Of a stretch of 64,000 nt of DNA, positions 52,847 through 64,000 are shown piece by piece. A program made the translations under genes and the position numbers. This DNA comes from Podarcis melisellensis (lineage: Eukaryota): assembly GCA_964234715.1 (NCBI GenBank), contig OZ174277.1; one strand, written 5' to 3'. The notes beneath the pieces were generated by a model that was not told where the DNA came from, ran no database searches, and saw nothing but the letters and a program-made list of their open reading frames with translations. Position 1 is the stretch's first letter, and each line of letters begins with the position of its first letter.

Positions 52847-54786
52847 TTTCCTCACACGCACAGTTCTCTAGGCAAAGCAAGCAATACGTAAACACAGGAT
52901 AACAACATACAATAACGGCAGCTAAAATGTAAACCACGCTTTAAAAATTTACAAGCTGTAGAAGTTGTGAGTGAAGACGCATTTTAACACAATGTGAAGT
53001 TTGGAGTATCTTCAAACATACTTTTATCTAAACCTAAATATATCACATACTTTAGTTCTGCTGCTTTCCCCTTTGTTTTTGTGAAGGAAATGTCTAATAG
53101 GAATCTTTTTGTGTAGCAACATTTTAAAATTCTTACCCTACTCTGGTGGGGTTACTTGACTGCCGGTCTATCAAGGAAGGCATTTCAGCCCTTTATTTTA
53201 TATTGAAAAGCTCAGTTTCACAACCAATTACCCTTTAAAAAAAATTGCACTTGGTTTAATAGAGGTTAGGTCTCCTAAATAATTCAGATTTTACCTCTCC
53301 TTGTGGGCTTTGGGGCCAATAGGCACAGTGGGTAAATGCATTAAACTAGGTATGAAGGGAAAGACATTTATGCTCTTGCTCTCTCTACCCTAGTCCACCT
53401 CCTACACCACTCAAACGTCTCATGAATCTTTTCTCTTGTAAAAATGCTATATATCCTTAATTCACTTTCTGATTTTCCATATCAGCATAGGATGACTTAG
53501 GGCCTATAACTTACAATGTGGACAGTAAAAAAACAATAAAATATAGAAGATAGTCTAAAACAACAGCAGAGAACACAGCAGCCAAAATATCCAGGAGGGC
53601 TCAAAACCTGATTAAAAGGGGAAAATAATAACTTTGCTTATCACAGTGGAGGAGTTTTGGGGGTAGGGACCATCACAGTAAAGGCTGTATTGTGTTTTGT
53701 CACCTTACAAATAGAAGGGCATTTGTGGGAGATCTGAATTCTCAGGCATCTTTGAGATGAGCATTTCAAACAAAAAGCAAAATTCTCAAGAAGATGACTG
53801 TTCTTTTGTTATCTGAACCCCAGTGAAAGTGGGCCTCAGACGCTTGCATCCCCTGTTCCTTATCCACAGGAAGCAGGAAGCAAGTGCAGCAGGGAAGTTG
53901 GCAGTAGTTCGTAACCCAGTTAGATAGGTCCTGATTTCTTCCTGGTTCAGGGCGCCATCCTCCCACATGTGGGGCTTTGTGGAGCAGCAAGGCCACTGCC
54001 ATATCCGTAAGTCCTGCTACTCAGGGTGACGATAATGGAAGATGCGTGGAGGGTAAAGGATGTTCGGGTCCAGTCCTGACCTGATGATGTCACACAATAG
54101 CAGTGGAACTGGCTTGGGATCCAGTGAATCTCAAGTCAGCACAGCCCTGCCCACTCCCTCCATCAGGATCCCCTCTGTCCCGGGATGATTCAGCAGGCAG
54201 CAGGAGGCTGTCTCAGCCAGGATCACACAGTCTGGCCTAAAGGAGGTTTAGATCGCTCAGTAGGTCGGTTGCTTCTGCAGTCGACATGTTAGCATCCTGT
54301 AGTCCAAGAATTCAGTGAATGGTCCCTAGAAGTCTGCATAAATATATGCTGGCCCAGTTATACAACTGAGCAGAGGTGCTCTGAGTAGAGAGTGTGGTTT
54401 GATTAAATAATCAATCCTCTGGGTTTCCTGAAACATGTCCAAAAGTAATTAACTTGCTATGACATCTAAGTAGTGCTGTCTCACAAAGTTGTGTGTGTGT
54501 GTGTGTGCATAAATATTGCAGTATTGAATTGCAGACTCCAGCATGCATTTTGTCTCTTCAATTAGCCCTTAGTCTACAGTGGATCTTAAAATATTCTTAA
54601 TAAGTGAATCACTTTCCTCATGCTTTGCTTCTCTTTTTCCTTCCCTGCCACTGGATCAATTCAGATGCCGAGTGATTCAGTGTAGGCATCTGCTCTTTTT
54701 GGCTAAACCAGCAAAGTCTGAAATCACTTGGATTTTACCTTTGAACCACTGCCAGCACCTAATTGAAATCACTGTTTTTGCCTTAG

Positions 54787-54930
54787 GAATTCATGAGAAA
54801 ACTGGAAGAAAAAAAGGCTGAGCTAACGAAAGCCACAGGTATGGGAGAAGCCATCCTGGCTATCTGCCACCCAGACTCCATCACTACCATTAAGCACTGG
54901 ATAACAATCATCAGAGCAAGGTTTGAAGAG
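54787..54930 (+). CDS. DST: DST exon 30 [10 protein letters not shown]...ARFEE
   Basis: TAG|...|GTCAGT, phase 0-0. Confidence 0.95.
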
Positions 54931-55593
54931 GTCAGTCTATCTCTAGCAGGTTCTCTCTGGTAATAATAATCAGTCTTTGATAGCTTGGAACACAACTGAC
55001 AATTAGCAAGGCACTTATATTGTGAGGAAACGATCCAGCTGTCGAGAGCAAAATGTTTAACATACTCGTGCTGTCATGTGTAATAGGCTGGTTTTGGCTC
55101 TTCCTTTGCAAATGTCTCTTGAGGAAGAAGTAAAACACTCCCCAGATCAGTTCATGTTCAAAGATAACCACAATGAATTAGAAGTTAAGCTTTGAGAAAG
55201 GGATAGGGAACCTGTGGTTCTACAGACATTGTTGGACTCCAACTCCCATCAGCACCAACCACTATGGCCATTTGCCAAGGATTAAGGAGTATTGTGTGAT
55301 AATTCTCAAAATGTTACCACATACTAAATACCCAATCGTTAAACACAGCAGTGCTTTCCAACACTTCTGTGCTGCTAGATACCTTTGGATCACAGTAAAA
55401 AGGCAGTGACTTTTCTTTTTGTACTTCTCTTCATGGGGTGCAAAGAGTTTCAGCTTCTACTCACAGAGCTCACTAATGTGGTTGCTCAGCAATCCTTTGA
55501 TAATTCAGCCAGATTTGTTCATGTGAAAGTAATGGAGCACCCAAAGCCCTGGGTTGTGTGAATGTGAATATCATGCATACTTTTCTTTTCAAG

Positions 55594-55782
55594 GTGTTAG
55601 CATGGGCAAAGCAACATCAGCAGAGATTGGCAGGGGCCCTGGCTGCACTTATCGCTAATCAAGAGCTGTTGGAAGCATTATTGACCTGGTTGCAATGGGC
55701 AGAGACAACACTTAGTGAAAAAGACAAGGAAGTCATTCCCCAGGAGATTGATGATGTTAAGGCACTCATAGCTGAGCATCAG
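55594..55782 (+). CDS. DST: DST exon 31 [10 protein letters not shown]...IAEHQ
   Basis: AAG|...|GTAAGA, phase 0-0. Confidence 0.95.
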
Positions 55783-56649
55783 GTAAGAGGGCCGTTGCTA
55801 TGATTATGATCAAACTAGTCAGCTTCAATGTACTTATGTGCATATGCATATTTTGGAAGTTCAGGTGGAACAGAGGTTTTTAAATAAACAATTAAAAAAA
55901 ATGCTTTGGCCAAGGGTTCTGGTTCACGTAGCCTTCTGTTTTTATTTATGTTGTTTTATTGTATTGAACAGCATTGTTCTGGTAAAAGGTGAAGAAAGGC
56001 AATATTAAGGAAAACTGCTCTGTTCTTGGACACACTAAACCAGTGCACCAATTCACCGTGCAATTGATTTCTCCTTTAGAATAAAGAGACAGGACAGCAA
56101 AGAAAAAGAAATTGAAAACAATAAATAAGCTGGACTGTAAGATAATACTGTATTGCTTGTTTTCAACTTTACATTCTACAATATGCCTTAGAATTGTTCT
56201 GGGACCACATAGTTCCTTCATAAAGTCAAAGTTGAGTATTTTCCTTGTCAGTAAGCCAGTTAGGAGAACTTTGTCATTACTATTTGCGACATGAGATCAA
56301 TATCCTTATTGTGGGAGAAACATGCACTTTGGAACACTTAGATGTTGGTGGAAGTGCTTTCTTTTAATCTGAGCATGTAGCTCAAAAAGCCACAGCCCAT
56401 ATTGTTCTCATTCATGTGCTCATGGCAGACAAGGTAGTTGTGTAGGCATTCAGGTGTTAGCAAGGAGATGCTGTATCCAATGTAGATGCTAATCTAGATA
56501 TGAGAGAAATCAGCATGTGAAGTAGGAGTTCTGTGCATACATGGGAGATCCCACAGACATCTGGATCAGAACCTTTGTACCCCCAAACAGGGTATGTTGC
56601 AAAATATTGTTGTGCATTGTTAGCCAAAGCAACCGCCCTTTAATTGCAG

Positions 56650-56779
56650 ACATTCATGGAGGAAATGACTAGAAAACAGCCTGATGTGGATAAGGTTACT
56701 AAGACGCATAAAAGGAAAGCAGCTGAATCTGGTCCAATTCATTCTCATATTCCTGTACTGGATAAAGGAAGAGGAGGAA
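56650..56779 (+). CDS. DST: DST exon 32 [10 protein letters not shown]...KGRGG
   Basis: CAG|...|GTAAGT, phase 0-1. Confidence 0.94.
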
Positions 56780-57089
56780 GTAAGTAATGATCTCACATAT
56801 ACATATGTGGTATCACATATATCATTGCCTTTAGTCATTAACTGATTATTTAAAAGCTGTCAGAATTTAACTTACTATTTCTAATTTATGAAGTGGACAG
56901 GATTGTCTACAGGGTCAGGAACCTGTGGCCCTAAAGCCAAACCTACCTTTCTGTTAGATGCCACCTGGAATCACAGGCATGTTAGGCCTCTCCCTTCTTC
57001 CTATAGAAACAGGCATGTATGCTGGGTTACCTTTTGTTTACACTGCCTTGAGAAGCAGAAGTACAGTACATTTTTCTGTATTTTAACAG

Positions 57090-57253
57090 GAAAGCGTTCC
57101 CCAACACCAAGCATGTATCCCTCTGGTGCACAGGCTCAGATTGAAACCAAGAATCCACGGGTGAACCTCTTGGTCAGCAAATGGCAGCAAGTCTGGCTTC
57201 TGGCTCTGGAAAGAAGAAGGAAACTTAATGATGCTTTAGACCGATTAGAGGAG
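57090..57253 (+). CDS. DST: DST exon 33 KRSPTPSMY...DRLEE
   Basis: CAG|...|GTCAGT, phase 1-0. Confidence 0.95.
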
Positions 57254-57914
57254 GTCAGTAAACAGCAAATGTGTTTGCTATAACTAAGCCTTGGTTCATG
57301 TCTTATTGGCCACTCCTCTTCATGTGGTGGAGGACCAGGAAGATACCCTTCCTTTGACAGGCAGAAGTAGCTTATGTGTTGGTCAGTGCGTACCAACACC
57401 CAATTATGTGAAAGCCCTGCTTGTGCACCATTATTATTATTATTCACTTTTATTACAAAGGTAATTCAAAGTGATTTACATTAACTATATTTAAAGCAAT
57501 TTACATTAATTATGTTAATTTCTCCCTTGCTTTTTTGTGACAGAGATATATCACATAAGCAGACATCAGCATGGAGTGCCATTGGTGTTGTGTAGACATA
57601 ATATTGGGATGTATGCTCCTTCTGCTTTCCCTCTACTCCCTTCAGAACAAATTCACCACTTTCCTTGTTAGAGTTTGCCATGGTTTAGAGTTACTTGAAT
57701 GGTGATCATAGTGATGATTAAAGATTTGTAAGCCCCCTTCATACTTTAGTTTCAAAAAAGGGGAATGGGGTTTTGGGGAGGGCAAGGGAAAGACTCCTAA
57801 GGTTGACTTCCAGTTTGCACATTGACATCTGCTCTGAACTTTAGCATCATGATTATATGTATATCTCACAAGACAGTTCACCTCTTTTTTTCCCATTTTT
57901 CCTTTTGTCTCAAG

Positions 57915-58077
57915 CTGAAAGAATTTGCCAACTTTGATTTTGATATTTGGCGGAAGAAGTATATGCGTTGGATGAACCATAAGAAATCTCGAGTCATGGA
58001 CTTCTTTAGGAGGATAGATAAAGATCAGGATGGAAAGATAACCAGACAGGAATTTATTGATGGGATTCTTTCTTCAA
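57915..58077 (+). CDS. DST: DST exon 34, EF-hand 1 ([12 protein letters not shown])
   Basis: AAG|...|GTAAGT, phase 0-1; canonical 12-residue EF loop. Confidence 0.96.
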
Positions 58078-58219
58078 GTAAGTTTTGAAGCAAAGTTCGA
58101 TCATTTGCATATTAAATTTAATTCCTCAGAGTTTTGGAATGCTAGTAAGTCATCAGTTTCCCGAAAGGTTATTGGTAAGAGTTGTTCATTTTAACTTGAA
58201 CTGTTATTTTCATCTGCAG

Positions 58220-58374
58220 AATTTCCTACTAGTCGATTGGAAATGAGTGCAGTAGCGGATATCTTTGACAGAGATGGTGATGGCTATATTGACTACTATG
58301 AGTTTGTAGCAGCACTTCATCCGAACAAAGATGCATACAAGCCTCTGACAGATGCTGACAAAATTGAAGATGAG
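58220..58374 (+). CDS. DST: DST exon 35, EF-hand 2 ([12 protein letters not shown])
   Basis: CAG|...|GTGCTC, phase 1-0. Confidence 0.95.
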
Positions 58375-58462
58375 GTGCTCTTCTCCCTTCCCCCCTCCCC
58401 CTCCCCGCCCCTCAGCCTCTTTCTTAAAGTATCTTTCTCTGGAATTGCATGTTGAACTTATA

Positions 58463-58695
58463 CAGTGGTACCTCGGTTTACGAACAGCCCTGTTTATGAA
58501 CTATTCAGTTTACGAACTCTGCAAAACCAGAAGTAGTGTGTGAACTTTACCTCAGTCTACAAACGGAAGCCGAACAGTGGAAGGGCACTGGCAGTGGGAG
58601 GCCTTATTAGGGAAAGCGCACCTCAGTTTAAGAACAGATTTGGTTTAAGAATGGACTTCAGGAACGGATTAAGTTCGTAAACCGAGGTACCACTG
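58463..58695. mobile_element. Tc1/mariner (Tigger/pogo-like) MITE
   Basis: perfect 23-bp TIRs CAGTGGTACCTCGGTTTACGAAC; TA duplication on both sides. Confidence 0.92.
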
Positions 58696-58780
58696 TAGTC
58701 CCATTGTTTTCTTGACCTGATTGCACAATTTACCATAAATGGCAATTAATATAATTTGCTTCTGATTGTCGTTTTGACAG

Positions 58781-58855
58781 GTGACAAGGCAGGTAGCAAA
58801 ATGTAAATGCGCAAAGCGATTCCAAGTGGAGCAGATTGGTGATAACAAGTACAGA
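58781..58855 (+). CDS. DST: DST exon 36, start of GAR/GAS2 domain [25 protein letters not shown]
   Basis: CAG|...|GTAAGT, phase 0-0. Confidence 0.96.
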
Positions 58856-60011
58856 GTAAGTATAGAAAACAGTCATGTTATCTGTTGGATTTAGACTCAC
58901 CTATTCTGCAAAGGAGTAATTTAACTAAATTAATAATATAGTGTGAAATTTGATGTATTTTCTCTTTTTAAAAAACAACACCATCATCATCATTATCATC
59001 ATTTTGGACCCTATTGCATTTTTCACCAGCCACAGTGCATAAAGTGAGATGCTGCTGTTGCGTCACCCTCTTGGTTACAGGTGCTATCGCTCTCTGGGGT
59101 GAGGTGGCAACAGAGTAGTCGTGGTAGGTGCAGATGATTGAGCCCCTGTGGCCACCACTGCTGTCAACCCAGTGGTCTCCTGCCCTCATCTCTTCTCTGG
59201 CCCCCCATTGCATCCCAGCAAGCGGCAGCACCACTGCAGCCAACAGGGTCCCGCAGTGGCAGGACCCCACCTCATGCACCACAGCTGTTCTTTAATCACC
59301 CCATCTGATCTTTTAGCTTGTGATTGAAGAAGAAAAGCTACTATTATACCGCCGAAGTCACAATAAATCTTTTCTTGCATTGGAATTGTAAATAACTTTC
59401 CAAAGGAGCCTGGGTTTTGATGAAACTTCCAAGTAATAGAGCTTAATGCCTGTTACAAATATTCCATGCGTGCACCAAGTTATACCTACAGCTTTCAAGG
59501 TTTTATAGTGGAACATTCATTAACTTCTGAATTAGAATTATTATTATTTTTCCAACAGAGCAAACAGTTGGGAGTGTATTAGCCTTCCAAACATATTTGA
59601 ATAAAGTTGTACTCTGTCATCACCATCCTGTCTTTTCTTTTTGTTTGATTTTGATTTCATTGAAGCATGCTTTCCTTTCTCTAGATAGAAAATGTGCCAG
59701 AAAAACCAGCAAGTAGATATCAAGGGGGGATCTACCAAATTGTCGCCCCCTTCTTTCATTTCAATTCAGCAATATCATTTTCCATGGAGAATTTGGTGGA
59801 AGGAAATCAGATTATACAGCAAGCAATAGATAGGTGTCATAGGAGTCAGGTCTGACAGCATTAACAGCCCAGACAGCTGATGTTATCAGCACATCTCTAA
59901 GCTACATACTAAATTGGAAGATTTAGAATGTGTATGTGCTGTTAGAGTGTGTTCTAGAGGATTTCCTGTTGCACTAATTATGTCTTTCTCCCATTTTCCA
60001 TCTCTTGTCAG

Positions 60012-60029
60012 TTCTTCCTGGGAAATCAG
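60012..60029 (+). CDS. DST: DST 18-nt microexon FFLGNQ in GAR domain
   Basis: branch-like CACTAAT, pyrimidine tract, CAG|TTCTTCCTGGGAAATCAG|GTATAA; peptide recalled from vertebrate DST/MACF1 (KYR-FFLGNQ-FGDSQ). Confidence 0.9.
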
Positions 60030-60588
60030 GTATAAACAGTGGAATGTGTTATGGAGTTCTTAATATTCTTTTAATCATTTCAGCTTGCAGTGGTTTGTCC
60101 TCCCCTCCCCTTTCACCCTAAGCTAATTCATTGTTGGTCAGCTACGATGCCTCTCTGGAAGTGCTTAACTGGTTTCCTTGTTTTGGGAATTGCCTTTTTG
60201 CCTGCTGCTGCCTCATTAATGAGATTACTTTTAAGGGAACCAGATAATAGACTGCATTAATTGTTAGTGCAAATGCCTTTGGGCATTCTTCCTGTGGTTT
60301 ACACACTGGAATTGCTGTTAAGATTTTACTGTGATTCATATATGGAGTATCCTTTAAATTTCCATGCTGCATTCCACTGTAAGATGATCCAGGACCTTGC
60401 ACTTTTAAAAGCTTTTGCCAAAAACAAAAAGGGACATTCAATTAGAAATTGAATAGGGAAATTGCATTTCCATAAATACCATCACTGCAAATTGGGCACC
60501 ATGCAGACTGCATCCCAGGTAAAGACTGCCTATTTCTGTTTTGTTTAGTGTGCAGTCCATCATTCTTCTTGCTTCTTAGATGTTAGTA

Positions 60589-60816
60589 CAGTGGAACCTC
60601 GGTTGTTGAATGCCCCCGTTGTCATACATTTCTGCTTCCGAACGCCGAAAACCTGGAAGTAACTGCTCCGGTTTTCGAACGATTTTCGGAAGCTGAACGT
60701 ACTACAGCGGCTTCCATTTTGAGTTTCCCTATTGTATTGAGGGTTCGGTTTTCGAACATTTCGGACATCGAACAGTCTTCTGGAACGGATTATGTTCAAA
60801 AACGGAGGTTCCGCTG
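60589..60816. mobile_element. Tc1/mariner (Tigger/pogo-like) MITE
   Basis: TIRs CAGTGGAACCTCGGTT / AACGGAGGTTCCGCTG, flanking TA; related to the 58463 element. Confidence 0.85.
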
Positions 60817-62286
60817 TATCTTCCTTTCTTAGAATCTATTCCCTATGAAACCTAATAGTAAAGGAAGATTATATAGATTTTTAGAATGAGATTACTCAAC
60901 ATTATGCAGTGTAAAAAAATCCCATTTGTGATTTAAAGTTTCACCTACTCTGACATGAGTACAATAAGCTAAATTTTCCTTCTCATGCCATCCATGCTAA
61001 TACATTATATAATCTTAACTTTTCCCTTTGTTTAGCCCACTTTGCTCCCAATTCTAAAGCCACTCCCATTTTGCATGATACGATGTTCTTGATTTCCTAG
61101 ATGATGTAGTGAAGGGGGTTTGTTCTCCTGCTTTCTTCAGGAGGGTGGGTGTGGCTTTGCCTCAGCACCATTAAATGAATGAGACAGGAAGCACTGGAGC
61201 TGCAAGTGGCAATGTTGAAGCATTGTGCCGTCTGGAAAATGGGGAGAGAAATGTTCCACTCCCAAATGGGAGTTGGGGGACTGGGGCAGGTTGCTTACTC
61301 CTGACCGCAGCAGAGTGACACCTGAGATTAGGGATCATTTGGCACAACAGTAGTAGAAGTTAATTACCTAAATGGGCTCAGGGAAAGAAGAACTGGAGGG
61401 GGGAATGGTAAGCGCCCCAAAATATCATAATGGTTACAGATGGGGTTTCCCAAAACAAGATTTCCCAGGAAATCTCCCCAGACTTATTCAGGAGCTGCCA
61501 TATACAATGGAACGCATTCCCACCCCCCACCCCCAAAGGACCATCAGAAAATACAGTTGATGCAGCATAAAATCTTGTGAGTAAAAAAAAGAAAGAAAGA
61601 AAATCTTCAGCCACTAATTACTTTATGTATTTTCGATTTGTTAACTTTATATGCTTTCCTCTTGTTTGGTTCCCAAAAGTAACATGCCTTTCTCCCTTTG
61701 CTTAAGCTGTGTTTCAGTAAGGTACATGAAAAATTAAACTCAGTTACATGATTTGGCTGTAAAACAAGTAGTGCTTACCTTAGCTTTTTTCCAAGGATGA
61801 AATCCGGCATTTTTTTCTAGTGTGATCTTTGGGAAGAACTCCCCATAGGTACCCACATGAAGAATCTGGTCTTACATATCACAGTAATCTGAGCTAAGAA
61901 GTGCTGAATCCCTCGTGACTATTTTTTTCTTCCAGGCAACAGAGTGGCTCTGAGATCCTACCTGTAATGGAGGATTAGTTGGAGGTGGACAAGATATTTG
62001 GATGTGTTGGATTGATAATATGGAAGAGTGAGGTCTTTTGCATTGGTTGGGATTTAAAGGTTGTAACCCTGCAGTCTGCTAGTGCACTTTTCAGATTGCA
62101 CAGTACAGTTAGAAGTGAGGCAGCCATGGCTTGTCCCGCCCTTTCTCCCCTGGTCCTGTTGTCCTTCCCTTCCTCCACTTGCTGCAATGGTCAGGCCTGC
62201 AGGTGTGCTGTGCAGCAGTTTGGGGTGAATCCCAATGGCAGGAAAAGAAAAGAGCAGAACACGTTCCTATTACAGTGGGAAATGTA

Positions 62287-62455
62287 AATGAGGAGAGAAG
62301 CAGGTTTGGGATATTTCCCCCTTCCCCCCTGCAGCCAACCCTCCTTTAAATCTGCTACACAGGGTTGGACCCTCCATGGCAGATTTAGTGAGACTGGGGG
62401 GGGGGGTCTGCAGCGGGGAAGGGGGGAATATCCCAAACCTGCTTCTCTCCTCATT
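62287..62455. repeat. palindromic foldback repeat, ~45-bp arms (degenerate relatives ~24030-24250, ~61370-61560)
   Basis: AATGAGGAGAGAAGCAGGTTTGGGATATT...AATATCCCAAACCTGCTTCTCTCCTCATT. Confidence 0.8.
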
Positions 62456-63690
62456 CTGCTGATGGAATCCTTACTGCCAGCTGAGTCAGGTCTCTCAGTT
62501 ACAGTCTGACAACATCAGCTACGATTCATAGTGTTTTGCAATGGTAGTGTAAGGCTTCCACTGGAATTATTGGAGACACTTTATGTATTAGTGATTTGAC
62601 ACGAATGTCATGGAAAGGAGATTTGAAATGTGCATATAAAGAGTGAAGGAGAAACTCAGGCGGCCATCCTTATACCACATTTTAGTTCCCTATTGGCCTG
62701 GGTCAGATAATTCTATAGCAGCTTATTGAACTAAAGTATGCATGAGCCTTGTTGCCCATACACCCTGTCCTCACATTGCTCTTCCCTCCTCTCTTCCCTG
62801 CATGCTGCAATAATCCTTCAATTAAACATACTTTCCCACTACATCCAAACTGGGAAGCTATGGCTGCAGTGTTCAGAACAAGCTAGAATCTTAAACCAAC
62901 TTCAGACCATGGTTTAAGATCCTGGGTTGTTCTGAACATTGTTAACCATAACAGGAAATTATGGTGAATTGAAGACTTATTGGCTTATTGCAGTATTTTA
63001 AAGAGGGAAGAGTCTGTGCGCTCTGCCAGAAGGCTCATTCATATCTCAGATTAAGGCTAAACATGTTGCCCTAAATGCAAACATGTGTTTACATTCATGG
63101 ATTGGGAGAAGTAGGCTTTAAGCCACTTGAATGAGCCTGAAAATTATGCTATAATGGTGCAGAGATTTTCACCATGTATACTAATATACGAAGCAACAGA
63201 GTGTAATGAGTCCTTTAGTTCACCAACAAATTTTGCTAAGGCTACAGAATATTTGGGAGGGGAATCAGTTGTTTTTCTTTCTTTATTTCACATTTCAGTA
63301 AGTGATTGTTTACTTGTACATATTAAAGGGCCCTCAGACTTGGTGTGTGGTGTGTGCGCAAGAATGTTGTTTGAGCACCCCTTTTCAGGTACTTTCTGCA
63401 TAACTGGCACATTAATGCTTTAAAACCAAAACCAGTTATAAAACCAATATGGAGAGAGGAAATATGTGTTAAAAGGAAGTATGTCTGGAATGCATGTTAC
63501 ATTCAAAGAGCGGAGCTATGCTTTCAAACTACTTGCATAAGAACATGTGGACAGGCTATAAGAGACCTAAGGGATTTTGCAGCATTTCCAGATCACTAAA
63601 TTGAAGGACCAGCATTTATGTACTTCCTAAAACTTTGCTTTTGACAAAGTACAGCAGAAGTACAATTTTGCACACTTGTTCTCCTTAGAC

Positions 63691-64000
63691 CAGTGGTGGC
63701 GAACCTATGGCACGCGTGCCAGAGTGGGCACTCAAAACCCTCTCTGATAGCATGCGCACAAGATGGCATGCAGGGCCATTACTGGGGGCTGGCAAAGGGA
63801 CAGCCGCTCCCCCCATGCCATTGCGGGTGGGAAACGCTCCCTAAGGTGGTTGGCAGATGTGCAGCTCCCCCCCCCCCCGCCAATGTAGGCAGGAAATGCT
63901 CCCTAGAGTGCATGCTGCCCGCAGTAGCGTGGGGAGAGGGGAGAGTTGTGTGCTGGCCAACCAGCTCCCCCCCCCAAAAAAACGCTGCAATTTAAGACAG
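63691..64000. mobile_element. hAT-type element, left end (truncated by window edge)
   Basis: CAGTGGTGGCGAACCTATGGCACGCGTGCC terminus after a CCTTAGAC target-like 8-mer; GC-rich interior. Confidence 0.65.

Larger units (their letters stand above)
257..60029 (+). other. DST: dystonin (BPAG1) gene, 3' portion: spectrin-repeat rod, EF-hands, start of GAR domain; incomplete at both window edges
   Basis: 37 GT-AG exons join into one open frame of 1987 codons. Peptides such as [40 protein letters not shown] and [25 protein letters not shown] match my recall of DST better than of its paralog MACF1. Confidence 0.93.

Noticed and set aside
5423-60029. Assignment to MACF1 because of the KIAA0754-like ORF
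   Set aside because: Rod and GAR exon peptides match recalled DST residues (e.g. [21 protein letters not shown]) rather than MACF1 ([21 protein letters not shown]); confirm by reciprocal BLAST.
1787-63995. Numerous 60-140 aa intronic and antisense ORFs in the track
   Set aside because: Random-length ORFs, microsatellite translations, TE fragments or antisense shadows of exons; no independent coding signal.
60030-64000. Next GAR exon ([25 protein letters not shown])
   Set aside because: Not found in the remaining sequence; presumably lies beyond the window rather than being lost.

Overview
Vertebrate genomic DNA from a squamate (lizard), inferred from two Sauria SINEs. The window lies inside the spectraplakin gene dystonin (DST/BPAG1) on the + strand. 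I can splice 37 GT-AG exons by eye (5423-60029; 5961 nt = 1987 codons, phases consistent). They encode the C-terminal spectrin-repeat rod, the two EF-hands and the start of the GAR/GAS2 microtubule-binding domain, including an 18-nt FFLGNQ microexon. The gene continues past both ends of the window. Most notable: a 430-codon intronic exon (ATG 257, donor 1546) begins MGKPLSRPDC and resembles KIAA0754, the orphan ORF nested in the paralog MACF1. It splices in frame onto the DST rod and has no phase-0 acceptor. It therefore looks like an independent, probably lipid-anchored N-terminus of an internally initiated dystonin lacking the actin-binding and plakin domains. A second, weaker candidate internal first exon lies at 52544-52672. 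Introns hold a young hAT MITE carrying a GC-rich higher-order array of hairpins, other hAT and Tigger-like MITEs, CR1/L2 fragments, a 167-bp near-perfect palindrome and microsatellites. Homology statements are from recall, not database searches.
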